Origin: Eledone cirrhosa
Taxonomy: Eukaryota
Direction of reading: 5' to 3'
NCBI GenBank assembly: GCA_964016885.1
Contig: OZ024740.1
Span: 171,244,001 to 171,308,000 of the forward strand
Length of the DNA stretch: 64,000 nt
The notes under the pieces were generated by a model, which had not been told where the DNA came from, did no database searches, and was given only the letters and a program-made list of their open reading frames with translations. Both the position numbers and the translations under genes were made by a program. Each line of letters begins with the position of its first letter. Position 1 is the first letter of the stretch. Shown piece by piece: positions 47,630 through 61,983 of the stretch.

Positions 47630-49450
47630 GAAGAAATTATGAGATTTGGGACATGGAGAATGAGAAAAGTAATGGAGATACTACATAGAAAAGTGGACAA
47701 ATGTTGTGTGCAGGAGACAAGGTGGATGGGAAGTGGTGTGAGAATGGTGAGAGGAAGACAAGGACAGACAGACATAACTGTGTAGCACGGGTTTCCATAA
47801 TACGTGCATGGTGTTGGTGTCTTGATTTTTGTAGAGATTGTAGACAGCATGGTGAGTGTGACCAGAGTGAGTGAATGGTTGATGGTGAAACTGGTTATTG
47901 GAAAGTTTTTGGTGAACATCATCTCAGGATACATCCTACAAGCAGGTCAGAGTGTTGAAGAAAAAGATAAGTTTTGGTATGCAATAGAGAAGATCATTGA
48001 AAACATGAAAGACAAGGAAGGGGATTTGAAGAGGTATGTATGGTTTTGAGGGAATACATATATGGTGTGAGGAATAAAGAGAGTGAAAGGATTTGGGAGC
48101 TAAGTAGTCAATTTATAACACCCAATTCCAGAAAGAAGACAAAAAAAATGTGTATGTATGCATTGAGTGGGTTGTTATACAGCACTATCTTGTTGTCTGT
48201 GACTTGAGGGTGAAAGGTGAGCTCAGCGAAGAGAATATCAACCAAGGCTGGTGGATTGGAGGTTAAAAGAAGTAACAGTGAAGGAACCTCTAAGAGAGAA
48301 ACTGAGTGTGTTAGAAACACAGATGAACTTGAGTGTTTGGAAGTCTTTGGAATATGGTTTGTTAGGAACTAGTGATGTGTGTGGGGGGGGAGACAAAGGG
48401 ACCACCAGGACACTTGGAAACATAATATTGTGAAGATGTTAGAAAGAGGATTAACAAGAAAAGGGGAAGATTCAAAGAATGGCAGAGAACTGTTTAGGAC
48501 TGTAAAGTAGTTAGTGAGAGGGAAATGATAGGAATGAACTGCTTGGTGAATGAAGTGGACTAGGGTGGAATAAATGTATGGAGAAATTATTGAATGTGAA
48601 GAATTAATGGAAGGGCAGCATAGAGAACAATCCAGTGCTCGGTCCAGGTGGAGGAGATAGCTGAGAAAGAAGTTGAGATGAAGAGGGGAAGGGCAGGAGG
48701 GTTGATAAAAGTTGTGGGAGATATATGAAAGGCAGCAGGAAATTGAGGTATGAAGAGGATGACAAATTTGTTGATGATGAAAGAAGACCATATTGCAATA
48801 GATTTGGAGTTAAGTCCTTTCATCCTTCTGTACAAGGGGAAAGACAGTCCTCTAGACTGCGGTTCATATAGAGCAATTAAACTACTGGAATATGGAATGG
48901 ATGTTTTTGAAAAGTGTGCTAAAGAGGAGGACGAGAAAATAAGTGAAAATTGATGAAATGTAATTTGGATTTGTGCCTGAAAAGGAAATGATTGATGTAA
49001 TTTTTGTGGGACAGTTAGAGAAGGACGGGGATAAGAATAAGAATTTTTGAGGGGTTTGTTGATTTAGAGAAAGCTTTCAATAGGAAGTAGTGATATGGGT
49101 ATTGAGAGAGTTAGGGGTGAAGGAATAGTTGGTTAAAGCAGTTATGAAAATGTATGAGAAAGTGTGTACAGCTGTAAGGATAGACAGAAAAGAGTAGCAA
49201 GTTTGAAGTGATCAGTATTATGTCTGTAACTTTGTATTTATGATTAAGGTAATGGTTCAGTATAAAGGATGGTTTGCCAAGGGAGTTGCTGTATGCAGAT
49301 AACCTAGTATTAATTACAGAAAATATGGATAAACTGAAGAAGATGAGTCGGTGGAAGGAATATATGAAGGTGAATATTAGAAAGACAAAAGTGATGGCAA
49401 GGGATAAAGCATTTGGTGTGATGGTTAGAGCAGGAAAGTTCATCATCATT
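47630..49450 (+). mobile_element. Heavily decayed RTE LINE (endonuclease plus RT)
   Basis: KVDKCCVQETRWMGSG, YKGKDSPLDCGSYRAIKLLE, DLEKAFN and PRELLYADNLV remnants with many stops. Confidence 0.85.
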
Positions 49451-50929
49451 CGCTATGTAGTATGCAGGCTACTCAGCCATTAAGGAGTGACAGGGAAGGG
49501 TGTAGAAGGGAAATCGGTTAATTATCTGTCATTTATAAACTGATGTATAAATAGATATAGTAAGATTATAATACTTAGGTCGCTGGTGGAAGTAACCACG
49601 ATATGAGGGGTTTAGTACTATCACTAGGTTGTTAGGGCAATATTTATGGTTTATGCTTAAATGTGTATGTTACATGACAGTTCAAGTAATATAATAATTT
49701 AAGGATGTCTTTATATTTATTCATGAATATTTCACTAGCCAAACATACCTGGAACTATTTGCTTCTTCATAATCTAGCAGTTCTAAAAAGTTGTCTGAAA
49801 GCTGAGCATACTTCTGAGCAATATCTTTTGAAAGATGAAAGACAAAGTTGACTTCTGTGGGATTTGAACTCAGAAAGCCAGAACAAATATTGCTAGGCAT
49901 TTAATCTGATGTTCTAATGACTTTGCTTGAGGAATTATGATAAAATTTAAATCTTGTCATAATTGTTTCAAAATTATTCTTTTAGTGTAGGTTATCAATT
50001 TCTTTCTTTTTAATATCAATGATATATAAAATAAAGTATAACATGTTTTCAGTATAACTTTCTATAATTTCATTGTGATATCTTACTAAAATTTGGTCAA
50101 ACCAAAATTAGGATTCACTGTTTTGTGATAATGTTAAAAACTTATTTCTCTTTAAAAATATGGAAAAAGTATTACTGACTTCATAAAGGAGAAGAATCTT
50201 GACCATTTTGTTACCATATTTCTAATGAAAGACAGTCTGTGTGTTTCATATAATATTGAAAATAATTCAGAATTTGGAAGGATTAGTAATAGTACTTATT
50301 ATTAGGTTAGTGTTTGGAGCATAACTTAAAGGTTCTTACATGAAATTATGAAGGAATGCTTTTAAATAAGTTAAACATTTTAAAACAACCAGTTTTTTTA
50401 ATTGTAGAACCAGGAACAGTTTTAGGCAGTTTGGTATCAAAAGCATTAAAGAAATATATCATCATCATTATTCAATTGCAAAAGCAGGCAGCTTCTATAA
50501 TCAGTTGTGGTCACATAGTCAGCTGATTAACCCTGGCTGTCAGAGGATCTTTAATTCATAGGCAGAATTTGAACTCAGAATGCAAAGCCTCAGAACAGAC
50601 ACAACAGGGCATAAGCTTTTTGTTAATCTGCCAATTCCGTCAATCCACCACCAAGAATTGGTACATTAGTTTATCAATCTCAAAAGAATAAAAAGCAAAG
50701 TTGACTTCAGATTTGCCCTCCGAGTGCAGAGATTTGGAACAAATACCATAAGATAGTCTATTGCATACCCTAAAGACTGCTAATTCGCCACCTATATATA
50801 ATATATATGTATTGGAAACAGTCAATGACTCACTCCATCATTACTCAGTTCCACACGCACATATTCACACGAGATATATGCATGTGATCTTTCAAATGAA
50901 ATTGTGAATAAGTGTGAAAGATGGCAGGT

Positions 50930-52330
50930 GTTATATCTGTGGGGCATATGTAAAGTCAATTCTGATTGTTTAAAGCTAGTCGCAGGGTTCAAAATTTATA
51001 GTAGATTTACAGTCTGATTTTGTGCTACAAGGTAGTGAAGAGAAGCAACTTAGACTAAGTCGTCTCCATCAAGGCAGTTATTCTTTGAGGCTGGAGTTGG
51101 CTGAAACAATTTTTTATGAATTGTGTTCAGGTCTCTGAAATATTTTCAAGAGGTCCTCCTCATTTGGTGACAATTAGACAATACTTCTGATCTCCAGTTA
51201 ATAGATACTGCAGGTTGCTTCAGGATCTGATACTTTTCATTATGCAAAAGTGACAGTTTCATGATGCTTTAAAGCAAAGGTTCTCAAAGGGGGGCATATG
51301 CACCCCCGGGGGGCGTTTGGGAGCAAGGCTGCGTTAAGGGGGCGTTTGGAGCTGGGGGGAGGGGTTAGGGGGCGCTGGAAGGCTCTTTATTTTGGTAAGT
51401 TTTATAAGCCATATTTGTATGTCTTTGAGACAGCCAGTGTGAATGCATTTGAATGAGTTTGCAGACAGCATAACTATAGTCTGACCGCAGCTGTGAGCAG
51501 GTGTGCAGGCATGTCCGGTAATTGAGACATTAACCAGTAATTGAGATCCTAAAAATGGAAAAACCCACAGTCAACTGGGTCAAAGACACTTTGAGCGCAG
51601 CCAGTTAGAATTTGGCCTAAATGGGTTGAGAACCTGCGCTTTAAAGTACAGTCACCATAACAACAATGTTTCATGTTATTGGAAGACATTTCAGTTCTTG
51701 ATCCTTGAGTTTCCAGGCAAATTGTAAGAGAAACGTGTAGTTTTCTGTTATTTAACCTAAATGAGTGGAGGTATTGAAGGATGTGACCCTTGAAATGTTT
51801 ACAGTTAGATTCATGTAAGTTTTTTTCAATGTCATCTAGAGTTGTTATGATTGTTTGGTGTTTGATGTTTTCAGAAAGGCAGGATCCCTTGAGTGGGACA
51901 TATGACAAGTCAATGCACATGGTTTTCTATTTTTAGTTAGGAAACTCGTTTCTTCACTTCTATGTGGTAGGGCTGGTTTTTTTGTTTTTTTGTCATGTTT
52001 GTAAGAGATAGTGTTTAATTTATATATGTTCTTTGTTTTATCTGCAGATATATGTACTTTGGAGGATTTCATGTAATTGTTTAAGGTGTTTTGAAAGGAT
52101 TTGGTGTAATGTTGAGATATTATCTTATCTATCATATTGATAATGTGGGGTTCAGCTTTTAAGGTCCTTATTTTTCTAGGGAGAGTGGGCAGTTTGACAT
52201 TTTCAATACATACTTTTCTGCGGGTGTTAAAAGTCCCATATTCATAGAAGGCGGCTTTCTGATGCATGCATTTGATTATGCTTTCTGTTTTTCTGATAAT
52301 GTATATGGTGTAGGGCATCATGGATGCTTT
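50930..52330 (-). mobile_element. Decayed Penelope-like element RT region (interrupted by a hAT MITE)
   Basis: ORF 51845-52321 has KAAFYE-YGTF and VHISADKTKNIYKL, resembling the WKAxFF..YGF and ADKT.N.Y motifs of PLE RT N-termini. Downstream motifs are barely recognisable. Confidence 0.5.
51275..51638 (+). mobile_element. Non-autonomous hAT (Buster/Charlie-type) MITE
   Basis: TIRs CAAAGGTTCTCAA / TTGAGAACCTGCG, with the 8-bp TSD CTTTAAAG at 51267-51274 and 51639-51646. Confidence 0.92.
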
Positions 52331-53896
52331 TCAAGAAATAAATGAAATGGTGCTTCTCCAATCTTCAATAATTTAATCTTGGTGTGTTGATGAGGTTCAA
52401 CAGGGTTGAATCTATACTTACAAGTACAAAGGAAATAAAGTATCTTGAAAAACCTTTTGAAGCACTAATAATATGTAATATTTCTAAAACTATCATTGAA
52501 ACTCTCTTCACCATATCTTACAAAATCTTTGTAGTAATGATTGTTTTAGCTATGCAGAAAATGTTTGGTTTGTTATGGTGATTAAAGCAACTTTCTAGTT
52601 TATCTAACCTAAATCTAGTTGTTTGTCCTGAATACTGACTTAAAGAGAAGTAATTCTTGATTTTGTCCTATTTCAAGAAAAAATAGATACAATAGAGCGT
52701 TATTTGGCTTGCAATGCAAGAGGTTATTCTAACAGTAAATACTAACTAGTAAACATGTTTGCACAATAATTATGTCTTGAAGATATGCTGTTTTGAATTA
52801 GAAAACATTCATTGATTAAAATGTTTGTAAATAGATTGTTAAACAGATAATATGGTTGGAAAACATGGACTGAAAGCTTAACCTTTTTGATAACAAACCT
52901 ATTGAAACTGCCCCTGGGTTTACAATACAAAACCATTTATTTCAAAGTGCTTTTAGTTATCTAAAAACCTTTCATGATAGTTTTGTCAGACCTTTTCTTA
53001 TGTTATGTTCTGAACACCAGTTTAATAATGAGAAAGTTTGTTATATTACTAAATATCTCAAAAATCTTGATTAATTTCAAAATTATTTGAAAATTACAAG
53101 CAATGTCTACCATGAGAAACAAGGTAATAAAAGGGTTAAACTCAACATATAATTAATGGAACATGGAATGACAGATTAAGACAACAGATTTTGAGTTCTT
53201 TAAAAGCGACTATTGTGGTGTCCATCTTTTAAAAGCTAAACAAATGAGGAGTTTAACTGTATGTGTTTTTTTTTTTTTTTGAGATATAAAACTCCACTTC
53301 TATCTGTTTCTTTGAAAGACCATCTAAATTATAACTTGTGTATCGTTTATGAAATCATTTAAAATGTTTGGTGTGTTATCCCAAACCAGGATAGATGTGA
53401 TATTTTATAGATATGAAATACATTCATTTTAGCCTCCAATTAACATAACTATCATTTTGATGGAACAGCGAAAGTTGTAAAATAATTAAGTCAAATTTGT
53501 GTGTGAATATTGATAGTGTGGTTAAATACCAGAACAAGACAGCTAGCTTGTGAAAAAAATAAAAAAGGGAGAGAGAAAAGGAACTAACAAGAAGGATGAG
53601 AAGGACATGAAAATTCTATCGAAAGAGGAAAGAATTATCATATTTTCATGTTTTTTGAAGTGAGGAACATAACGGTATTTTTCACTATTAAAATAATAAA
53701 TAAATATACAGTTAAACCATTTAAAACTTGTAGTGAGTTTTGTTAAGTAGGAATATGAATATAAGCTCAGGCATGGTTGTGTAGTTAGCAAGTTCACTTT
53801 GTAACCACTTGGTTCTGGGTTCAGTCCCACTGTGTAGCAACCTTGAGTTGACCAATACCATGTGAGTGCAATTTAGCAGACAAACTGCATAGCTAG

Positions 53897-54094
<198 letters not shown>

Positions 54095-55119
54095 GCATGC
54101 ATATTTGTGTCTATGTTTATGCTTGTATGTCATGTAACTAACTTATCAGTTTGATAAAGGAAATCGATAAGATCCTAATGCAGATTTTTTTAAAATGTAC
54201 TAGGGCTGGTATTATCGACTAAATCAAGGTAGTGCCCCAGCATGGTCGCAGTCTAATAACTGAAACTAGTAAAAGACTAAAAGAATAATCTATACTTAGG
54301 GAAAAGATAACAACCAACAAATCAAGTAAGTCCAAGCTGGGACACATTTTTTTAATTTTTTTTTTTATTCATATCATCATCATCATTACCATTTTACATC
54401 TATTTTCCATACTTGCATAAGTTAGATGGGTTATCATGTTCTGAAGCCAGATAGGTCAGATGATTGTGTCTCATTCATACATTCCATTCTGACATGGTTT
54501 CTATGGCTGGATGCCCTTCCTAATGCCAACCATTTCACAGCATGTACTGTGTGCATTTTATTGTGGCACCACCACTACCACCTGACAGAGTGGACTGGGC
54601 GTGTGTTATCGTGACAACCCCAAATGCTTTATATTAGTTAGCTAACTCATATGAATAACATGACTATAAATATGTGTTTTCCAATTCAGGGTTACTTATT
54701 TTCCTTGCCTATTTGTTGATATAAAACTCTTGATGATTAGTTTTTGTTCAACTTTTACGTATGGAATAATTAAATTTGGAGAGACACTCAACCTAAACAA
54801 TCAAATTTAAGTTTAACAAGTTTCTTTTAACCCTTTCATTACTACACTTATTTCTAATGAGAGATACTGCCTATAATATTCAAATCATTTTGAAAATAAT
54901 CAAGAATATGGAGGGATTAAGTCATTTTCTGTTATTGAGCTGGTGTTTAGAACATAAATATTCTTACATAAAATTATGATGGAAGGTTTCAGATAAATAT
55001 AAACAGTAGACTAGGGGCAGTTCTGGGAAATTTGGTCAGTATTGAAAGACCTAACCAGAATTTTGAATAGAGATTTACTTTCTTATAAATGTATATCTTT
55101 ATTATTTGATTGGCTAAAC

Positions 55120-57590
55120 CACAGGTTCTCAACCCATTTAGCCCAAACGCCCCCTTTTGTCCCTCGAACTCACGAAACACCCCTACCCTATTTTTCCATT
55201 TTTCAATATGCTACTGATTTTGATATCAGTAGATTACTAAAAAATTGATTAACAATATTCCAAAGATACCATTGCAGGCAGCTGAGAGTATAAATACATT
55301 CCTTGAAAGGAAATATATAAATTTCCAAAAAAGGAACATAAATGTTCTTTTTTATGAATAAGGACCAGTTGAATTTGTTATATTACCACCAGGCGATACC
55401 AGCTATTTTGAACATTTATACAAGAGCAACTCTGTCTATCCCAAGAAAGTGGCAATTATATCATTTCAAAGCTTTCCAATTTTCTCTTTAATGAAATGGA
55501 CAGAATAAATGTTGATATCTAACTTGATGTCCCCTCTGCTTTGTGAGCTTTAGAGACCACGGAAGAGGGTTTTCATGACCACGCGGAAGGGTATATTTAT
55601 TAGTAAATGGTAAAATATATATAACAAATGAGTAAGTGAATTGTAGTAGATGGTTTCCAGTCCAGTCAAACTGCAACTACAAAAAATTGTTAGTTTGCTT
55701 TGTAACAATAGCATATCCAAGTTTTCAGATAAATCAACTTACTTTAATTTTGACCTCATTTCAATGGGACCCTTGAGCTTCATGGAGTCTAGCTAACTCT
55801 TTGACATGAGGCTGACTTTTCCTAAGATGTAGCCAGAGATCTCCATGTGTAATTACATTGTAGCGGTTGCAAGACTTACTGTGCAGTCTGGAAACAGCAC
55901 CAAACTTCCTCTCGACTAAGTATGAGCTTGGAAAAGGCAGAGCAAATCTCTTAGCCTCTGCATGTAGGTGTGGAAATCAACGCTGAATTTCCTCTTGCAT
56001 CCCAAAAAAGGGGTTCACCTATTTTGGGAAATCTAATTTTGATCATGGCATCTGCTTGAAGTTCAATGAGGTCTTCCTGAAATTTAATGTCCAAATCGTC
56101 GACGTTAGCTATGAAGGGATCTACTATCCACATTGGGATGTCCATCGGCAAAAGGTCGACAAACCATTCTCTCATGTTGTCTTGTAGCGCACGGAGGTGA
56201 GTGGTATAAATTTAGAGTTGGTCATCGCTTACAATGTTTTGAACATTGGCGACACTAGGAAAATTATAGAATTTCCGTCAACAAAGATTCCTTTCGATAA
56301 CATTCAATTTGGCCAGGAATGTTTTCACAGCATTCCTTGCTTCTTCCCCTGCAAAGCCAAAATGACGCTATTGCATTTGTCGAAGATGTTCGTGAGGTAG
56401 GCACAGTCTTGCCTCACATCGATGGTTTTCTTGTACAGTTCTGTGTTGCGTCCTCGCAGAAACTCAATGATAGAGTCGAATAGTTCAAAGAAGTGAGTAA
56501 AGCACTTGCCCTTTGAAAGCCACCTCACTTCAGTATGAAGGAGCAACTAGACGAATTCTTCGTCATTATCTTGGCACAGTTGCCGGAAAATTCGTTCATT
56601 GAGGGAATGCCGTTTGATAAAATTGATGACATCAATGGCCACCTGCAAGGACTTGCTCAGCAGCTTGCTGAGTTTCTTAGCAGCCAAGTGTTGTCGATGA
56701 ATGACAATGAACAGCAAATATAGATAGATTTTCTCTCTTCAGAAGAGAGACGAAACCCTTATGTTGGCCGACCATTGCTCTTGTGTCGTCCGTAGCACAT
56801 GATACAATGTGTATTGTATGTGGTCCTAGATGTATGTATTACCTGCCTGTGTGTTGTATGTAGTCCTAGATGTATGTATTACCTGCTTATGTATTGCATG
56901 TGGTCCCAGCTATATGTATTACCTCCTTATGCGTTGTATGTGGTCCTGGATGTGTGTATTACATCCTTATGTGTTGTATGTGGTCCTAGATGTTTGTATT
57001 ACCTGCCTGTGTGTTGTATGTGGTCCTAGATGTGTGTGCTACCTCCTTATGTGTTGCATGTGGTCCTAGATGGGTGTATTACCTGCTTATGTGTTGTATG
57101 TGGTCCTAGATGTGTGTATTATCTGATTATGTGTTGTATGTGGTCCTAGATGTGTGTGCTACCCACTTCTGTTTTTTTCTTTTCTTTTTTTTTTATTTGT
57201 TATATTATTTATACAATAGGGAATAAAATAGATTTACATAGTGTTAACTCGTTATGGTTGAGTCAATAATTTCAGACATGAAATATATTGTTATCGGTGA
57301 AGGAAAGATAAGATTCTAACTGGCTGCACTCAAAGTGTCCTTGACCCAGCTAACTGTGGGTTTTTCTATTTTTAGGATCTCAATTACCAGACACGCCTGC
57401 ACACCTGCTCACAGCTGCGGTCAGACTATAGTTATGCTGTCTGCAAGCTCATTCAAATGCATTCACACTGGCTGTCTCAAAGACATACAAATACGGCTTG
57501 TAAAACTTACCAAAGTAAAGAGCCTCCCAGCGCCCCCTGGAGTTCCGAAACACCCCCGGGGGTGCATATGAGCCCCATTGAGAACCTTTC
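55120..57590 (-). mobile_element. hAT Buster/Charlie-type transposon with a decayed transposase (ZBED5/SCAND3-like)
   Basis: LLLHTEVRWLSKGK, AYLTNIF, WIVDPF...QEDLIELQ and FALPFPSSYLVE. TIRs are CACAGGTTCTCAA / TTGAGAACCTTTC. The TSD GGCTAAAC lies at 55112-55119 and 57591-57598. Confidence 0.93.
56808..57165. repeat. 40-bp minisatellite, about 9 copies, inside the hAT element
   Basis: Unit TGTGTTGTATGTGGTCCTAGATGTGTGTATTACCTGCTTA. Confidence 0.93.
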
Positions 57591-59461
57591 GGCTAAACCA
57601 TTAGAGCAGCTGACAAAATGCCTTGCAGTATTTATACTAGCTCTTTAACGTTCCGAGTTCAAACACTGCCAAGGTCAATTTGGCCTTTTATGTTTCCGAG
57701 TACCATGAAATATATATAATACCAGTTAAGTGTTGGAGGTTGATTCAAATTAACAAACTCTTTCCCAAAATTTTCTGATCCTCTGCGTATATTAGAAACA
57801 ATTATTTGTCCACAGTTTTCAATTAACCTCTTTCATACCAACCTGATAAAAGCCAGCTCTGGTTGTATGAAACAAAACCATCCATTTAAACTGGTTGTAT
57901 CCGTTCAGAATTTTCTCACCTCTTTCTGTTCAAACCACCATAACTGGCTGCTCATACTTATGTTAAGGTATTATTCTCAAAATAAATAATATCAAAATCG
58001 TAGATTCGATATTATGTGAGATAAAGTGTTTACTGTGAACATATAGTAAATATAGAGTAATGGAAATGCTAAAGGGTTACAGGGTTTTTATTTAAATTAA
58101 AGTCTTTCAACATAATTTTATATAAGAAGTATATGTTATGTTACTTTCTTAGTAATGAAATAGTTAATAATTTTAGTAAATTCATCAAAATTCTTTATTA
58201 GTTAATTGAAATAGCATATATTTCATTAGAAATATTATGAAAGGGTTAACAACCTTCTGTGTCATTATTGATGTTACTTGCTCTATAGCAATCACTAAAT
58301 AAATATGGGTTATAAGAAAACAGATTTACTTGTGACTTTCTTTTTATAAAGCCAATACTACTTCATTTGAGATTAGCAGAACCTTTATCAAAGTAAAACA
58401 TTGATTCAACATTTTATCAATGGCTGCATCACATCTCGTATTGGTAATGACTTTTCTATTTATATTCTAATAAACTCTTTCTTTTGTGAATCCACTATTT
58501 TCCAACGATTTATTTTATGAAAAACTTCTTACCAGTCACCACTAGCTCTGTTAACCTTTTCGTTACCATATTTCTAATGAAAGACACTGCCTATGATTTT
58601 CAAATAATCAAGAATTTAGAGGTGGGGGTGTGATAGTATAACTAACTTTCTCCACATTAAACTGCTGTTTCTCCAACTATTTAACTCTTTACAAAGCTGA
58701 AATACACTTTACTGTGCAGTTCTGTTTTTATATCTGGATTGATATGCCTATTTTATCACTGGAATCATAAACCAAATTCCAAAGAAAGTTTTCTGCCTGA
58801 TCAGTAAATAGTCTTTCCCTAACTAAAAGCTATGAACTTTGCTTTTCAGAACTTGCTGGCTACCCTCCATGTAGACTTCAATTGATTTATTACATTACTT
58901 ACCACTTCAAATATAAACCAATGGGGAAACTGCAACTTGGTTGCTTGACCTGCTAGAAAAACAGCCAAATCTTTCTGTTTTAAAAAGATACATTTCCTAC
59001 ATAAAATATCTGGGGAAAACAAAATAGGATGATCATGACTGGGATGTCTTTGATTAGAGGTCTATTTTGACTTGGACTAAGGAACACACCCCATATTCTG
59101 TACAAAACATTACATGCAGTCCTTTATTTCTAGTGTTACTTAGCATATGAGCCACCATTTTTTTTCAATGTGTTTAGGCACTACACTAACCTCTAATATA
59201 CACATTGACCAAATCAATATGTTTACATCTGACTAGTATAGAAACCCTACATACATAAACTATAAACAGAGAAAAAACATTTTTCTTACTCAGTGTGATG
59301 TTTTGGCTTTGAATCTTATTTGATATTGTTTCTATGTCCTGGTATAATAATAAATATATGAATAAAATAAAAAGTTCACAGCATTTGAGAGCCAGTTGAG
59401 ATAGGCTAAAAAGTAACAACATACAGATTCCTGACCTTGCCTTAAGTGGATATTATTTTCT

Positions 59462-59586
59462 TGCCATTCTGAGTTCAAATCTTGCCGAGGTTAACTTTGC
59501 CTCTCATCCTTACGGGGTCGATAAAATAAAGTACCAGTAATACACTGGGTTTTTGCTGGCCTTGTGCCTAACGTAGAAACAATTAT
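59462..59586 (+). mobile_element. 5'-truncated SINE with TSD-like ATTATTTTCTT
   Basis: Same family as 1-220. Confidence 0.85.
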
Positions 59587-61504
59587 TTTCTTCACATTGT
59601 TATTTAACTTTGGATGAAGGGAAACTGAAAGAAAATTTTAATAATACAAAATTGAATATGTTACCACTGATCTAGATTAAACATTTCATTTTACTATTCA
59701 ACTAAAGTATGTTATTGAAATAAAAGTTATTTTAATATTCCATTGATTGTAAACTCATAAATAAGTTAAAATCTATCGTGTTTGTATTTGTTTAGTATGT
59801 TTTAAAAAAAGTGCAGTCATAAAAAAAAGAACGTGTTCCTTCTTTCAAAGCTTCACATTATTCATGAAAGCATAAGATATGCTGAAATTTTAAAACGATT
59901 TAAAAGATTACATAGTTTATATGATTTTGATAGATTTTATTTTTACTTTTATTAGAATATATTAGAAAAACGACAGCTTTCGGTTTCAAAATCGATTGAA
60001 CTATTAAGTTAGTAGGGCATGTTGATTTCAATGTAGCGTACTAAATGAATTTAGGAGGAGGAAAAGAATTCAAATTAACTTTTATAAAATCATTTATATC
60101 AGTGCTATGCTTTAAGATTTCCTTAATCTACACAATAAGCAGGAGTATTTTTAAAGATATTAAGATTTTCCCAGTAAGATAAAACTGTAAATTGTGTTGA
60201 GAAACAATTCTTCAAAGAAATCTCACTGAATTAAGCTTATGTAATACTAGAACAGCCTACATGAGCACATGATCTTTTCATGATAGTAGATTCTCTTCTG
60301 AGACTTTATACTGAATTTGTTGTTGCAAGAAAATTTAATTAATACAAAATAAAGAATGTATCTTGTAGATTTAATTTAAAGGCTGTGGGTTTGTAAGTTT
60401 GCTTATTGCTACATCAAAAGAAATTAATGATGTTTGCCAAAGAGATTTAATTTTCCCATTTTCTTAAATAGAAATTTTGAAAGGTATATTTCCTGTTGTG
60501 TGTTTTGGGGAGGGTTTTTTTCTAAGTTATGAACTGCTTATATTTTCTTGGCTACTGGTCAAGAATTATTTAATTTGCTACATAAGAAAAAATTAGTTAA
60601 ATATATCATTAACCTTTTCATTACCAAATTTCTAATAAACAAGACTACCTATGATTTTCAAACAGTTTTGAAAATAATGAAGAATTTCAAGAGATTTAGT
60701 AATATAACTAGATTCCTCATTATTAGGCTGGTATTTGGAGCAAAACTTAACAATATAAACACTTTTAAAAAGTTGTCTGTCATAGAACTAGGGGCAGTTT
60801 CAGGTGGTTTGGTATCAAGAGGTAATGCATTTTTCAATGTTGTATATACATACACGATTTGTATATTTAGTTTAGATTGTGTGTGTGTAAACAATTTTAC
60901 TCAAAACTATATTACTTATAGCTAGGTGTGTATTTTCTCAAGCCTGTGAAACTTGAACTCTTAACATCCCATGATGATATAACTAAAAATGCATTTGGTT
61001 ATTCAAATGTTTATTGCATCTTTACAAATGTAAACATCTTTGTGAAAATATACACTAAACTTAAGTAAGGAATTTAATTTTTAATGTGATGCAGTCATAA
61101 TGCTGCATCGAGAATGCCTTGTTATGGCAATTTCATGTGGTACAGAATGTTAAAAGTAATGCAATTCTGAGTCAAAGTGTTTATACAAGCAAATAAATAT
61201 AAACTGTACAAAATGTATTGAGTGCTTTTTTTTTTTCTCTTTTCGTTTGTCTACCCATCTCCATATAGGAAAAAATATTTCCCACTTACACCTATGCCGG
61301 TTTTGCTGGCCTCTTACAGGAGATTTAGAGGCCCCAGTTTTATCATGAAAAGCAATGTAAAATGAAGCATCTTGCTTAAGAATACAACACACTATCCAGT
61401 TCAGGGATTAATCCTGCAGCCTTATGATCGTGGGTCCAACACCCTAACCACTAGGTCACACAAACACACACACAGGTGTATATTGACATATTTTCAACTT
61501 ATTT

Positions 61505-61983
61505 CATCATCATCATCATCATCATCGTTTAACGTCCGTGTTCCACGCTTGCATGGGTTTGGACGGGAGTTTTCCCACTTGAGGCAAGAGTGATTGTCTT
61601 GCTCGCATAGGACTGTCTGGCGGGTTTTCTACAGCTGGATGCCCTTCTTAACACCAACCACATTTACAGTGTGGGGCTGGGAGGTTTTTACCGTGTTGCC
61701 TACACGGCCACATTACAGCGTGGACTGTGTGTTTTTTTGTCGTGACACCTACACGATCTCATTTGTTTCGGCCTGGATGTTGTGGCACCAACATAACTTT
61801 ACATTGGAAGGGGTGGTGGGGGTGGTGGGACGGGGGTGTATTTTGTTAGAGATGCCTACTGACTGTAGTAGGTTTTACTTTGTATTTAGGTAAGGCGGGT
61901 CTTCTCTATTATTGAGTACCGCCAAAGGTCTCGGTCCAGTGACATTCTCTTGGAGAGGTGTAAGTGTGTGAGGTCGGAATTTA
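61505..61983 (-). mobile_element. RTE LINE 3' end, same family as 27910-30888
   Basis: High identity to 27910-28511 but lacking the 112-bp UTR duplication. Confidence 0.92.

Noticed and set aside
55800-56790. Domesticated ZBED/SCAND3-like host gene
   Set aside because: It has multiple stops and frameshifts and retains TIRs and a TSD, so it is a dead transposon.
56808-57165. Regularly spaced repeats resembling a CRISPR array
   Set aside because: The units are contiguous with no unique spacers, there are no cas genes, and the context is eukaryotic. This is a minisatellite.
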